Shown: in pieces, positions 51,835 through 60,232 of the stretch
Layout of the letters: each line of letters begins with the position of its first letter
Position numbering within the stretch: the first letter of the stretch is position 1
Assembly: GCA_963723495.1 (NCBI GenBank)
Contig: CAVRQR010000015.1
Coordinates: 34,323-98,322 of the forward strand
DNA length: 64,000 bases
Origin: an uncultured Acidobacteriota bacterium
GTDB lineage: Bacteria > Acidobacteriota > Vicinamibacteria > Vicinamibacterales > UBA2999
Direction: 5' to 3'
Translations under genes and position numbers: made by a program
Notes under the pieces: model-generated
What the model saw: only the letters and a program-made list of their open reading frames with translations
Told to the model about the DNA's origin: nothing
Database searches by the model: none

Positions 51835-52767
51835 TCAATGGGAAGGGTGAGCGGCCTCGTCAGGAGATTGGGCCAAGGCGGACATCAGCGAAAGCGGGTC
51901 AACCGACATATCACCAAATCGCACGGCCCAGTGAAGATGCGGCCCGGTCACCCGACCGGTTGCCCCTGATTCACCGAGCAGATCGCCGCGCGCGACAGTG
52001 ACCCCGGGTTCGACGGCAATACTGGACAGATGCGCGAGCAGTGAGAACACGCCGAGACCGTGATCGATGATCACGGTGTTCCCTGCAAAGTACAGGTTCT
52101 GAGCGATGACGACACGCCCGGCATTCGGAGCCTTGATCGGCGTGCCTGTCGCGGCGCGGAAGTCCGCTCCCTGATGGCGACCGGCCGGCTTGCCGTTGGT
52201 CACTGTCAACCGCCCGAAGCTGCTGGTCGCCGTGCCGGGCACCGGCGCGTTGAACGGTCCCTGCCAGTAACGCTCCGGTGTGACGATCGCAAACGCCTCG
52301 GCCATGGCCTGGGCCTCTTGCTTGATGCGCGCCACTTCCGCTTCGGGTGGGTTCGCCATCTTTGGATCCACGCGAAGCCGTCGCGTCTCGAACTGGTAGC
52401 GTTCGACAAGTAGCGACACCTTGGTGCCGGCGGTGGTCCCGTCCGCGGTGCGGCCCTGAATCGTGAGCGGAAGCGGACCGGGTGCTGCATCGACGTTGAT
52501 GCCGACGAGCGTGCTCCACTCCCTCGAGGACGCGCCGGTCCAGAAGTGCACTGGACGTCCTGATAGCTCTCCGGTTAATGCCACGAGATCGTGAGTCGCG
52601 GTGACGGTGAGAAGTGCGACGCCTCCCGGCCTCATCGCTCGAGGAGCGTTGGCGATCGAGAGGGACAGAGGGCTTGCTTGACCGGAGACACTGACGCCCG
52701 CTGAAAAGGACAGCAATACCGTCAGAACGGCCCCGAGACAGGACAAGCGGACCGGGAGAACAGGCAT
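51835..52767 (-). CDS. M23-family metallopeptidase
   Basis: Start taken at MPVLPVRLSCLGAVLTVLLSFSAG. HQGADFRAATGTPIKAP and GPHLHWAV. Confidence 0.85.
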   Translation of the reverse strand: MPVLPVRLSCLGAVLTVLLSFSAGVSVSGQASPLSLSIANAPRAMRPGGVALLTVTATHDLVALTGELSGRPVHFWTGASSREWSTLVGINVDAAPGPLPLTIQGRTADGTTAGTKVSLLVERYQFETRRLRVDPKMANPPEAEVARIKQEAQAMAEAFAIVTPERYWQGPFNAPVPGTATSSFGRLTVTNGKPAGRHQGADFRAATGTPIKAPNAGRVVIAQNLYFAGNTVIIDHGLGVFSLLAHLSSIAVEPGVTVARGDLLGESGATGRVTGPHLHWAVRFGDMSVDPLSLMSALAQSPDEAAHPSH

Positions 52768-52864
52768 TGAGCTTGCTACCTCCAGAGTAGCGCGATCAGA
52801 GTGTCGGCGGAAGGGCTGGCGACCTGCACTCGTTCTCCCGATAAATCGGCCCAGAGGAACGTCC

Positions 52865-53494
52865 ATGACGCTGCGTCTCACGTTCGCGAGCCTGTTCTTC
52901 TTCGCAGTCACTGCGTTCGTGCACGCCGACACGCTCGTATTGAATGATGGCCGGCGGCTGCAGGGCGATCTCCTGCGTATATACGGCCGGGAGATCGAGT
53001 TCGAGGAGCGCGCCGGCGGCCGCAGGCGCACGATCCGGATCTCGCGCGATGAGGTCGAGCGGATCGAGTTCACGCGTAGTGATTTCGACCGCGGCCGCGG
53101 CGACGAGGACCGCAACGCCCCCGTCGGCGTGCCGCGTGGCATGCGAGAACGGCAGATCGTGGTGGATGCACGTCAGCCGTGGACGGACACGGGAATCGAC
53201 GTGCGCGCCGGCCAGCAGATCTACTTCTCGTCTCAGGGGGAGACCCGCTGGGGACGCGATCGCCGCGACGGCGCCGCAGGCGAACGCAATTCGCCGCTCA
53301 ATCCAAACCGCCCGCTGCCGGACCGTCCGGCCGCCGCACTGATCGGCCGCATCGGCGACCGCAACGAGTACTTCTTCATCGGTGGAGATTCCGGCCCGTT
53401 CCGCGCACGCGACTCCGGCCGGCTCTATCTGGGCATCAACGACGATGTGCTGACGGACAACTCGGGGAACCTGAGGGTCACCGCCTCTTTCTGA
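52865..53494 (+). CDS. secreted protein with PA-IL/LecA-like C-terminal domain
   Basis: Signal peptide MTLRLTFASLFFFAVTAFVHA. The C-terminal pattern is AALIGRIGDRNEYFFIGGDSG...GRLYLGINDDVLTDNSGNLRV. The family call is from memory. Confidence 0.5.
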   Translation: MTLRLTFASLFFFAVTAFVHADTLVLNDGRRLQGDLLRIYGREIEFEERAGGRRRTIRISRDEVERIEFTRSDFDRGRGDEDRNAPVGVPRGMRERQIVVDARQPWTDTGIDVRAGQQIYFSSQGETRWGRDRRDGAAGERNSPLNPNRPLPDRPAAALIGRIGDRNEYFFIGGDSGPFRARDSGRLYLGINDDVLTDNSGNLRVTASF

Positions 53495-53565
53495 CGCCTG
53501 TTTATCTGCGCGATCCCGCCCGTATGGGTGATGATTGCGTTCGTCGCATCTGCGACGATTGCGTC

Positions 53566-54454
53566 ATGCTCAATGAACTCTCGACCCAAATGGCTGACGC
53601 GGTGGATGCGGTCACCTCGTCGGTCGTCCAGGTGCAGGGCCGCCGCCGACCCGCCAGCGGTCTCGTCCATTCCGACGGCATCGTCCTCACCACGATGCGC
53701 GCGATTGGCAGCGATGACGGGCTCCACATTCGGCGACCAGACGGGACGGTCCTCGATGCCGAACTGGTCGGATGGGACCCGACGACGACCCTGGGCGTAC
53801 TTCGCGTGAAGGATCTGGGGCTCTCCCCTGTGCGCCTGTCATCTGCTCCGTCGCGCGTCGGCAACCTGGTGATGGCTGTCGCCCGCTCGTGGAGCAATGC
53901 TGTCACGGCGAGCGCCGGCATCATCTCGGTCATCGGCGGGCCGCTTCGAAACCGGCCGGCGCCGAGCGATCGATCAGGTCATTCGCACGACTGCGCCGAT
54001 GCACGACGGCTTCTCTGGTGGCGCACTGATCGATACCGGCGGCGACCTTCTTGGCGTGACCACGGCGACGACGATTCGCGGTACCACAGTGGTGATCCCC
54101 GCGCAGATCGCCTGGGCCGCAGCGCAGCGGGTGATTGAACGAGGGCAGACTCGTCGGGGCTATCTCGGTGTGATGGGACATCCTGTCCGGTTGGCGGAAT
54201 CACAGGCTGCATCGTGTGGCCGGCAGACGGCCCTGCTCGTTGTGGGTGTTTCGCCCGCGAGCGCTGCCGCATCCGCAGGCGTACTGGTGGGTGACGTCGT
54301 GCTCGCGTTGGACGACACGTTGACCGACTCGCCAGAGGACCTGCTCGATCTCCTGGCGGCTCAAGGTGTGGGACGTCAGGCGACGCTCAAGGTGCTCCGG
54401 GGGAACACGGCCGTCGAGTTGCCGGTGACCATCGGCGAGCGCCCCGCACGGTGA
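53566..54454 (+). CDS. HtrA/S1C-like protein with PDZ domain lacking catalytic His and Asp; one frame break near 53950
   Basis: Aligned by hand to the genuine HtrA at 55402-56343. LTNSHV becomes LTTMRA, TDLAVLRI becomes TTLGVLRV, and GNSGGPL becomes GFSGGAL. A PDZ-like C-terminus is present. The gene is split between the frames of ORFs 53179-54138 and 53897-54454. Confidence 0.7.
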
Positions 54455-54853
54455 ATGCGCGCGATCCTGGTCGGTCCTGCGAGTGCCCGCGATCGCCTGC
54501 GGTGGGACCTTGAAGCACGATCGATCGATGTCGTTGGCGAGTTCGACACGATGGCCGACGCGCGTCGCTCCGGTCTCGACACCGACATCATCGTTTCCAC
54601 GCCTGATCAACAGAGTTCAGCAGGAGACGAGCGCCCGGACGAAGGCGTCTTCGAGGAGGCGCTCACCCACCGTGAGTTCGAGGTGCTCGAGTTGCTCGCG
54701 GAAGGACTCCCCAACAAAGGAATCGCCGACCGCCTGGGGATCAGCGACCAGACCGTGAAGTTTCACATCGCATCGATCATGGGCAAGCTCGGTGCGTCGA
54801 ACCGGGTCGAGACCGTACGACGCGCCGTGCGTCGCGGCCTTCTCTCATTCTGA
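54455..54853 (+). CDS. LuxR/GerE-type HTH regulator with a short degenerate receiver-like N-terminus
   Basis: The HTH is LTHREFEVLELLAEGLPNKGIADRLGISDQTVKFHIASIMGKLG. The N-terminal 55 or so aa resemble receiver beta1-alpha1-beta2-alpha2-beta3, but the acidic pocket and phospho-acceptor positions are not Asp. The ATG directly follows the preceding TGA. Confidence 0.75.
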   Translation: MRAILVGPASARDRLRWDLEARSIDVVGEFDTMADARRSGLDTDIIVSTPDQQSSAGDERPDEGVFEEALTHREFEVLELLAEGLPNKGIADRLGISDQTVKFHIASIMGKLGASNRVETVRRAVRRGLLSF

Positions 54854-55395
54854 ACTCTGGATTCTGATGCAGAACTCAATGGGCCGCGCCGCGGCCATAC
54901 GCGCCTGGCGGTCGCGACTCCACATGCCGGGAAATCGACCTGCGCTGGGACTCTGACGCTCTCCGCGCGTCTAGGACGTGACTCGCGGCGACATGTGCCG
55001 GGCGGCTCAAAGCGCCAGTGATGACTCGACACAACCAGAACGCGTGGCCGGAAGACGCGCGGATGAATCGCTATGGCCGATTTCCGGCTTCGCGGCGTGC
55101 TCGGCATGGTCGCACGCGTCCGCCTGGCGGTATGCCTGCAGCGCTGCGGTGTCACATCCGCGAAGAGTCTCTCGCGGAGCGAAGCAGTTCGAGGCATGCC
55201 GACCCCTGTCGCCTGAAAGCGTGAGGCGGCTCAGGGCGTCAGCGAGGTTGAGCGGGCGCGAGAGCGCCCGCGACCCGAGCGGCGAGCGGTCGTGGGTAGC
55301 CGTCCGAACGCTTTCCGGCGTGCCGAGAGCTTCGCGGAGCGAGAGCTCTTCGCGGCGATATCGCCGTCGGGTTCTGCATTCAGAAGCCGAACTCA
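54851..55395. repeat. about 545-bp apparently non-coding insert bracketed by about 28-nt inverted repeats (MITE-like?)
   Basis: The left end is TGAACTCTGGATTCTGATGCAGAACTCA (54851-54878). The reverse complement of 55369-55395 is TGAGTTCGGCTTCTGAATGCAGAACCC. About three quarters of positions match by hand alignment, with one gap. The words are related to the CTGCATT/CTGAATT arms at 32605-32632. Confidence 0.4.
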
Positions 55396-55401
55396 TCGCG
55401 C

Positions 55402-56343
55402 TTAACGTTTCGCCTCTTCCGGAGTGACTGTGACCTGCTGACGTGCGCCGTTTCGCAAGATAGTCATCGCGCTCGGCACGCCAATGCGCTCGGCAGTCAG
55501 GACCCGATGGAGGTCATCCACACCTGTGACCGGCAAATCGGCGAATCCGATGATGATGTCGCCTGCTGCCAGCCCGGAGTGGCTCGCGGGACTTCCTGAC
55601 TCCACCGACATCACCAGCACACCGGACAACGCGGTGACCTGCGCTCGCTCGCCTGCTCGTCGAGGCACCGGCACATTCTGACCACCGACACCGATGTAGC
55701 TCCGGCGAATCCGGCCGTCGCTGATGAGACGCGCTGCAACGAACCGCGCGGTGTTACTGGCCACGGCGAAGCAGAGGCCCTGCGCGGGAAGGATCGTCGC
55801 GGTGTTGATGCCAATCACTTCGGCGCGGGACGTGACGAGCGGCCCACCGGAGTTCCCGGGATTGAGCGCCGCGTCGGTCTGGATGATGTCATCCATCAGG
55901 CGGCCTGAACCGGCTCTGAGCGAGCGGCCCACACCGCTGACGATGCCCGCCGTGGCGGAGTGGTGAAACCCGAATGGATTTCCGATCGCGATCGCCATCT
56001 GCCCCACGCGCACGCGACGGGAATCGCCGAGGCCTGCCCACGGCAACGAACTGGCGTCGATGCGAAGCACGGCCAGATCGGTGTGCGGGTCGTCGCCGAC
56101 GAGATCACCGCGGGTTGCCCGGCCGTCCGACAGCGTCACCGTGAGCTGGTCGGCCTTGTGCACGACGTGGCTGTTCGTGAGGACGAACCCGTCAGGAGTG
56201 AAGATGACGCCCGACCCTCCACCTTGTTTGCGCTCTACTCGAACAACAGCAGGGCCGATGGTCTCGACGGCATGGACGACGGCCGTGGAATAGGCGTCGA
56301 GCAGATCGTCATCGCTGATTTGACGAACGGGACTGGTGGCCAT
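55402..56343 (-). CDS. HtrA/DegP-type S1C serine protease with one PDZ domain
   Basis: The catalytic triad context is intact: LTNSHVV, HTDLAVLRI and NPGNSGGPLV. Confidence 0.85.
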   Translation of the reverse strand: MATSPVRQISDDDLLDAYSTAVVHAVETIGPAVVRVERKQGGGSGVIFTPDGFVLTNSHVVHKADQLTVTLSDGRATRGDLVGDDPHTDLAVLRIDASSLPWAGLGDSRRVRVGQMAIAIGNPFGFHHSATAGIVSGVGRSLRAGSGRLMDDIIQTDAALNPGNSGGPLVTSRAEVIGINTATILPAQGLCFAVASNTARFVAARLISDGRIRRSYIGVGGQNVPVPRRAGERAQVTALSGVLVMSVESGSPASHSGLAAGDIIIGFADLPVTGVDDLHRVLTAERIGVPSAMTILRNGARQQVTVTPEEAKR

Positions 56344-56529
56344 AACGCAATCCTAGGGGCCTGATGGATGTTGCACATCACCCGTACAGGTGGGCCCGGC
56401 CGGGTCTAACCATCTGGACTCGGCCTACGTATTAGGACGCTGGATCGAGAGACGAAGAGCCGGCCGCGACCAACGAGCTTGGATTGGCGCGGGAGGCTGC
56501 TTCCCGCGTCGAGGAGAATGTGCCTGCTA

Positions 56530-56931
56530 TCACCCGACGTGTGTGTCGTGGCAGGGCTCGCCGTTGTGTGGGTCGGCGTGCCGATGTCGCGTGTTCATCT
56601 CGAAGCTGGCCACGAAGCGATCGAGTTCCCCAATCTCACCAGGCGTGTTGTCGACCACGGGCGCGGGTGCGACGGGAGCCGGCTCAATCGGCTGGGCCTG
56701 ATGCGTGATCACGTCGGGGGTCACCAGCCTCGTCACCCGACGGTCGGCGGCCGAGGGCCGGGAAACGAACGGCTGGCGAGCGGGTGCGGCTGCTGACGTC
56801 CTCCATGCCACGTGAGGTCTCCGCTCGTACCGGTACCAGAAGACCTGCGCTACGCCCCAGGCGATCCAGACCACCCAGGCGATCTTCAGAGGTGTTGTAA
56901 ACGCGTCAAGGACGTCCAACAGTTCTGCCAT
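56530..56931 (-). CDS. small membrane protein, unknown function
   Basis: One N-terminal TM helix (LKIAWVVWIAWGVAQVFWY) and a Pro/Ala-rich tail. It lies 4 nt downstream of the preceding gene. Confidence 0.4.
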   Translation of the reverse strand: MAELLDVLDAFTTPLKIAWVVWIAWGVAQVFWYRYERRPHVAWRTSAAAPARQPFVSRPSAADRRVTRLVTPDVITHQAQPIEPAPVAPAPVVDNTPGEIGELDRFVASFEMNTRHRHADPHNGEPCHDTHVG

Positions 56932-56935
56932 GTGC

Positions 56936-57658
56936 CTACTCCACCCACGTGAAAGCCTTTGCGGCCGAGAGCGAATAGCGAGTCAGCAGGGCCTCGAAGA
57001 TTGGCGCATTGACGCTCTCGAGCGCCATCGCCGATCGCAGTGCCTGATCGACGTTGGTCCCGTTCTCGCGTTCCAGTACCAGGATGATCACCACGCGGCG
57101 CTGGTCGGAGGTGTCATCCACCTTCTCTGTGGGCATGTGGTGCCCGACGTTCAGCTTCCGAACCGGTACGGGCTTCGAGAGCGCCTGACGAACCCACATC
57201 GCAATCCGTTCGGCGCGCTTCGCCGCGCGCGCTTCCTCGCGTTTGCGCCCGGCTTCCAGCGACAACCCGGGCACGATCTCTTCCGAGCTGGCGCCCACGA
57301 CGATGATTTCGCGAGCCTTGTCGAGCACCACCTTCATCTCCGGCGTGAAGGCGGGTTCTTCGATGCGGCTCTCGAGCGATTCATACGACGACATCCGCCA
57401 GCGGAACTCGTCGGTGAACAGCAGCACGCGAAACGACGCCCGTCGTCCCTGCTGATCCTTCGCGTTGCGCACGATCACATCGCTCGCCACTTCCGGCGGC
57501 TGCGGTGTGCTGATGCGCGTGAGCCGGTCCACTTCGAGGACGGTCGCGTACGACAGACACCCACCCGCAATCACGAACGCACACGTGGAAAGTCCCCACG
57601 CGACCCCGGCGAATATCGAGCTCCAGCGACGGTCGGACGAAACTGCTTTCGAAGCCAC
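56936..57658 (-). CDS. membrane-anchored protein with divergent OmpA/MotB-like C-terminal pattern
   Basis: The TM helix is IFAGVAWGLSTCAFVIAGGCL. EIIVVGASSEE...EEARAAKRAERIAMWVRQAL...DQRRVVIILV resembles the OmpA-like pattern I.V.GHTD...RA..V...L...NRRV.I. The match is weak. Confidence 0.35.
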   Translation of the reverse strand: MASKAVSSDRRWSSIFAGVAWGLSTCAFVIAGGCLSYATVLEVDRLTRISTPQPPEVASDVIVRNAKDQQGRRASFRVLLFTDEFRWRMSSYESLESRIEEPAFTPEMKVVLDKAREIIVVGASSEEIVPGLSLEAGRKREEARAAKRAERIAMWVRQALSKPVPVRKLNVGHHMPTEKVDDTSDQRRVVIILVLERENGTNVDQALRSAMALESVNAPIFEALLTRYSLSAAKAFTWVE

Positions 57659-57832
57659 GATCGCTGCCTCCGGCCAGGTAAATTGCAGGATTGTCGCCAG
57701 TGGCGGGCGTAGTGGCGCCGCGGGAACGTGCGTGCCGTGTCGCGCCGTATCGCTAACGGCGGAAGGCCACGGACCCTGACACGAAGTGTCCGGACCGACA
57801 AAAAGTGGCCGTGATCGAGCTGCCTAGAGTGA

Positions 57833-58429
57833 CTAGCGGATGAAGGTGAAACGGGACTGCGCCGACGGTCCGCTGCCGAACGGCCAGAAGATCGAGCCGT
57901 TGCTCGGCCGTGCGGTGGCGCTCACGCGAATGTAGTAATCGCGGTTCGGTTCAAGCAGCATCGTACTGAACAGGGGAAATCGCGTGAGATTCGTCATCCA
58001 CTCACGGACCTTGGCCTCGTCCTGCGTGGAGAGCGCCTGCTCCACCCGGCCGTCCAGCAAGCGCTGGACATCATGGGTACGCGTCAGGTTGTCATACTGG
58101 ACGCTGGTGGCCACGGTGGCCGTCGCGATCGTGCGATCTACCCACGCCGGCACATCGAGGCGCAATTCAACTGTGTAGGTAAACGTCGTTTTGAGGCCGC
58201 TTTGAATCGCACCTCGGACTTCGTCAGTGAGACCGCCGGTCAACTCGAACGACACAAGGACATACTCGTCCCGCACGAGGGGGACGACGCGAAGAGACTG
58301 TGTGCCTTGAGCAACCGTGGGGACAACGAGACCGAAGAGGGCGACCAGACACCAGGCAACTCGCACTAACGCGACCGGCAGCTTCCGTCGCGTGGTCGGA
58401 TTGTCCGGCTGTGCAAAAACGGGACGCAT
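57833..58429 (-). CDS. secreted DUF4390-like protein
   Basis: Signal/TM segment VAWCLVALFGLVVPTVAQG. YVLVSFELTGGLTDEVRGAIQSGLKTTFTYTVELRL...SVQYDNLT fits my memory of DUF4390. It was not searched. Confidence 0.4.
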   Translation of the reverse strand: MRPVFAQPDNPTTRRKLPVALVRVAWCLVALFGLVVPTVAQGTQSLRVVPLVRDEYVLVSFELTGGLTDEVRGAIQSGLKTTFTYTVELRLDVPAWVDRTIATATVATSVQYDNLTRTHDVQRLLDGRVEQALSTQDEAKVREWMTNLTRFPLFSTMLLEPNRDYYIRVSATARPSNGSIFWPFGSGPSAQSRFTFIR

Positions 58430-58491
58430 CGAGCAGGTCCCGCGACTTTAGCACACGTCAGGCCGTTTACCGTCCGGAAATTGCTGGCTCG

Positions 58492-59583
58492 ATGTATCAT
58501 CTCGTCGGGATTTTCCCTGACCGCCCGTTGCTCAGACTCAGCATCGCCACTGCCGTGCTGCTCGGTACAGTTGTCTTCGCACAACGTACTGAGGCCCAGG
58601 GACTCAGCTTCTCTGTGTTCGAGCGGTACCTCGACGCTTTCCGGGCAGAGGCACTCATCCCTGGTCTGTCCGCCACGGTCGCACGGAACGGCGTAGTGCT
58701 GTGGGAGCGTGGATTCGGAAGACGCGATGAGTCAGGCGCGCCGGCGACTCCGGAGACTCCTTATCAGATCGGTGGCCTCTCGCAGACCTTCGGGGCCACA
58801 CTGCTTTTGAGAAAGTGCGTCGACCAATGGGACGCGCAGCTTGACGATCCGGTAGCGCTGCGCAGTCAGTTCTTTCCCGAGCCGCAGACCACGCTTCTCC
58901 AGCTTCTCTCGCACACTGCGCCTGGCGGCGGTGGCTACCAGTACTCGGCTGCGAGATTCGCGATGCTGACGGCGGTCATCGAGCGATGCGCACAAGGTCG
59001 TTACAGCTCCGTCCTTGCCTCGGAGATCTTCGATCGGTTTGCGATGCTCGATTCGGCGCCGGACCAGATCCTTGGCTCACCCACGGCAGAGGACATCACC
59101 CTGTTCGATGCTGCACATCGGGCTCGTTACGCTGACATCGTCGCGAGAATGGCCCTGCCCTATCGTGTCGCGTCGGGCCGATCGCAGAGAAACCCGCAGA
59201 TTGTCCCCAAGCGGGTCGACGCCTCGGATGGTATCGTCAGCTCGGTTAGCGATCTGGTCCGCTTCGACAATGCGCTGATGTCCAATGCGCTGTTGGCGCG
59301 GGCGACGAGAAACCAGGCATGGACACAGGCCACTGCGGGCGCGACACTGCTACCGACCGGTCTGGGCTGGTTCGTGCAGAACTACCACGATGAGCCGATC
59401 GTCTGGCAGTTCGGCATTATTCGTGGTGGCTATTCGTCTTTGATCGTCAAGGTTCCGAACCGTGGGTTGACGTATATCCTTCTGGCCAACAGCGACGGGC
59501 TGAACGCACCGTTCGCGCTTGAATCGGGCGATGTGACATCGTCGATCTTTGCGACCCTGTTCCTCAGACTCTTCGTGCCTTGA
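58492..59583 (+). CDS. beta-lactamase/transpeptidase-fold protein lacking the SxxK nucleophile motif
   Basis: Signal peptide LLRLSIATAVLLGTVVFAQRTEA. The fold pattern is PGLSATVARNGVVLWERGFG...PYQIGGLSQTFGATLLL. GLSQ stands where the S-x-x-K motif is expected, and YSA stands where YSN is expected. Confidence 0.65.
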   Translation: MYHLVGIFPDRPLLRLSIATAVLLGTVVFAQRTEAQGLSFSVFERYLDAFRAEALIPGLSATVARNGVVLWERGFGRRDESGAPATPETPYQIGGLSQTFGATLLLRKCVDQWDAQLDDPVALRSQFFPEPQTTLLQLLSHTAPGGGGYQYSAARFAMLTAVIERCAQGRYSSVLASEIFDRFAMLDSAPDQILGSPTAEDITLFDAAHRARYADIVARMALPYRVASGRSQRNPQIVPKRVDASDGIVSSVSDLVRFDNALMSNALLARATRNQAWTQATAGATLLPTGLGWFVQNYHDEPIVWQFGIIRGGYSSLIVKVPNRGLTYILLANSDGLNAPFALESGDVTSSIFATLFLRLFVP

Positions 59584-60191
59584 GGGTGAAACTCGTCCCA
59601 GTACGGGCGCGCATTCTCGTTCTTCTCCTTGCACTGGCCCCGTCGGTTGCCTCCGCGGACTGGCTCTACACTCCGTTTGTTGGTGCAGTGTTCGCCGGAT
59701 CGACGCCGATCCCCGATCCCGAGGGCGGCGCGAGCTCTACGCAGCTGATCTTCGGCGGGTCCGCCGGATGGTGGAGCACGGGGATCATCGGATTCGAAAC
59801 CGATTTCGCCTATGCCCCCCGGTTCTTCGAGACCAACAATCTATTCTTTGCGGACAGCAACCTTGTCACCTGGGGAGGCAACGTCGTGGTGGCAATGCCC
59901 GTCAGCGTGACGAGGGAGTCGCTCCGCCCGTACCTCGTCGGCGGTCTCGGCTGGATGCACGTGTCAATGGATGAGGGCGCGGAGATTTTTCCCGAGTTGT
60001 TTGCCGCCCGTAACTCGCTCGCGCTGAACCTCGGCGGCGGTGCGGTCGGATTCATAACCCCAGAGGTCGGGATTCGTTTCGATCTCCGTCATTTCAGGAG
60101 CTTCGAGCACGGTGCAAACCCGGTCACTCTTGAGAACGAGTCATTGTTGAGTTTCTGGAGGGCAACGGTCGGCGTTGTCATCCGCCGATAG
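59580..60191 (+). CDS. outer-membrane beta-barrel protein (OmpW/OMP_b-brl-like)
   Basis: Signal peptide ILVLLLALAPSVASA. There are alternating beta-strand patterns and a C-terminal aromatic-rich strand (FWRATVGVVIRR). The TTG or GTG start overlaps the preceding stop codon. Confidence 0.6.
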   Translation: MRVKLVPVRARILVLLLALAPSVASADWLYTPFVGAVFAGSTPIPDPEGGASSTQLIFGGSAGWWSTGIIGFETDFAYAPRFFETNNLFFADSNLVTWGGNVVVAMPVSVTRESLRPYLVGGLGWMHVSMDEGAEIFPELFAARNSLALNLGGGAVGFITPEVGIRFDLRHFRSFEHGANPVTLENESLLSFWRATVGVVIRR

Positions 60192-60232
60192 GCCATCTGG
60201 AGTTGGCCGGGTAGTTGCAACTGGCTCATAGC

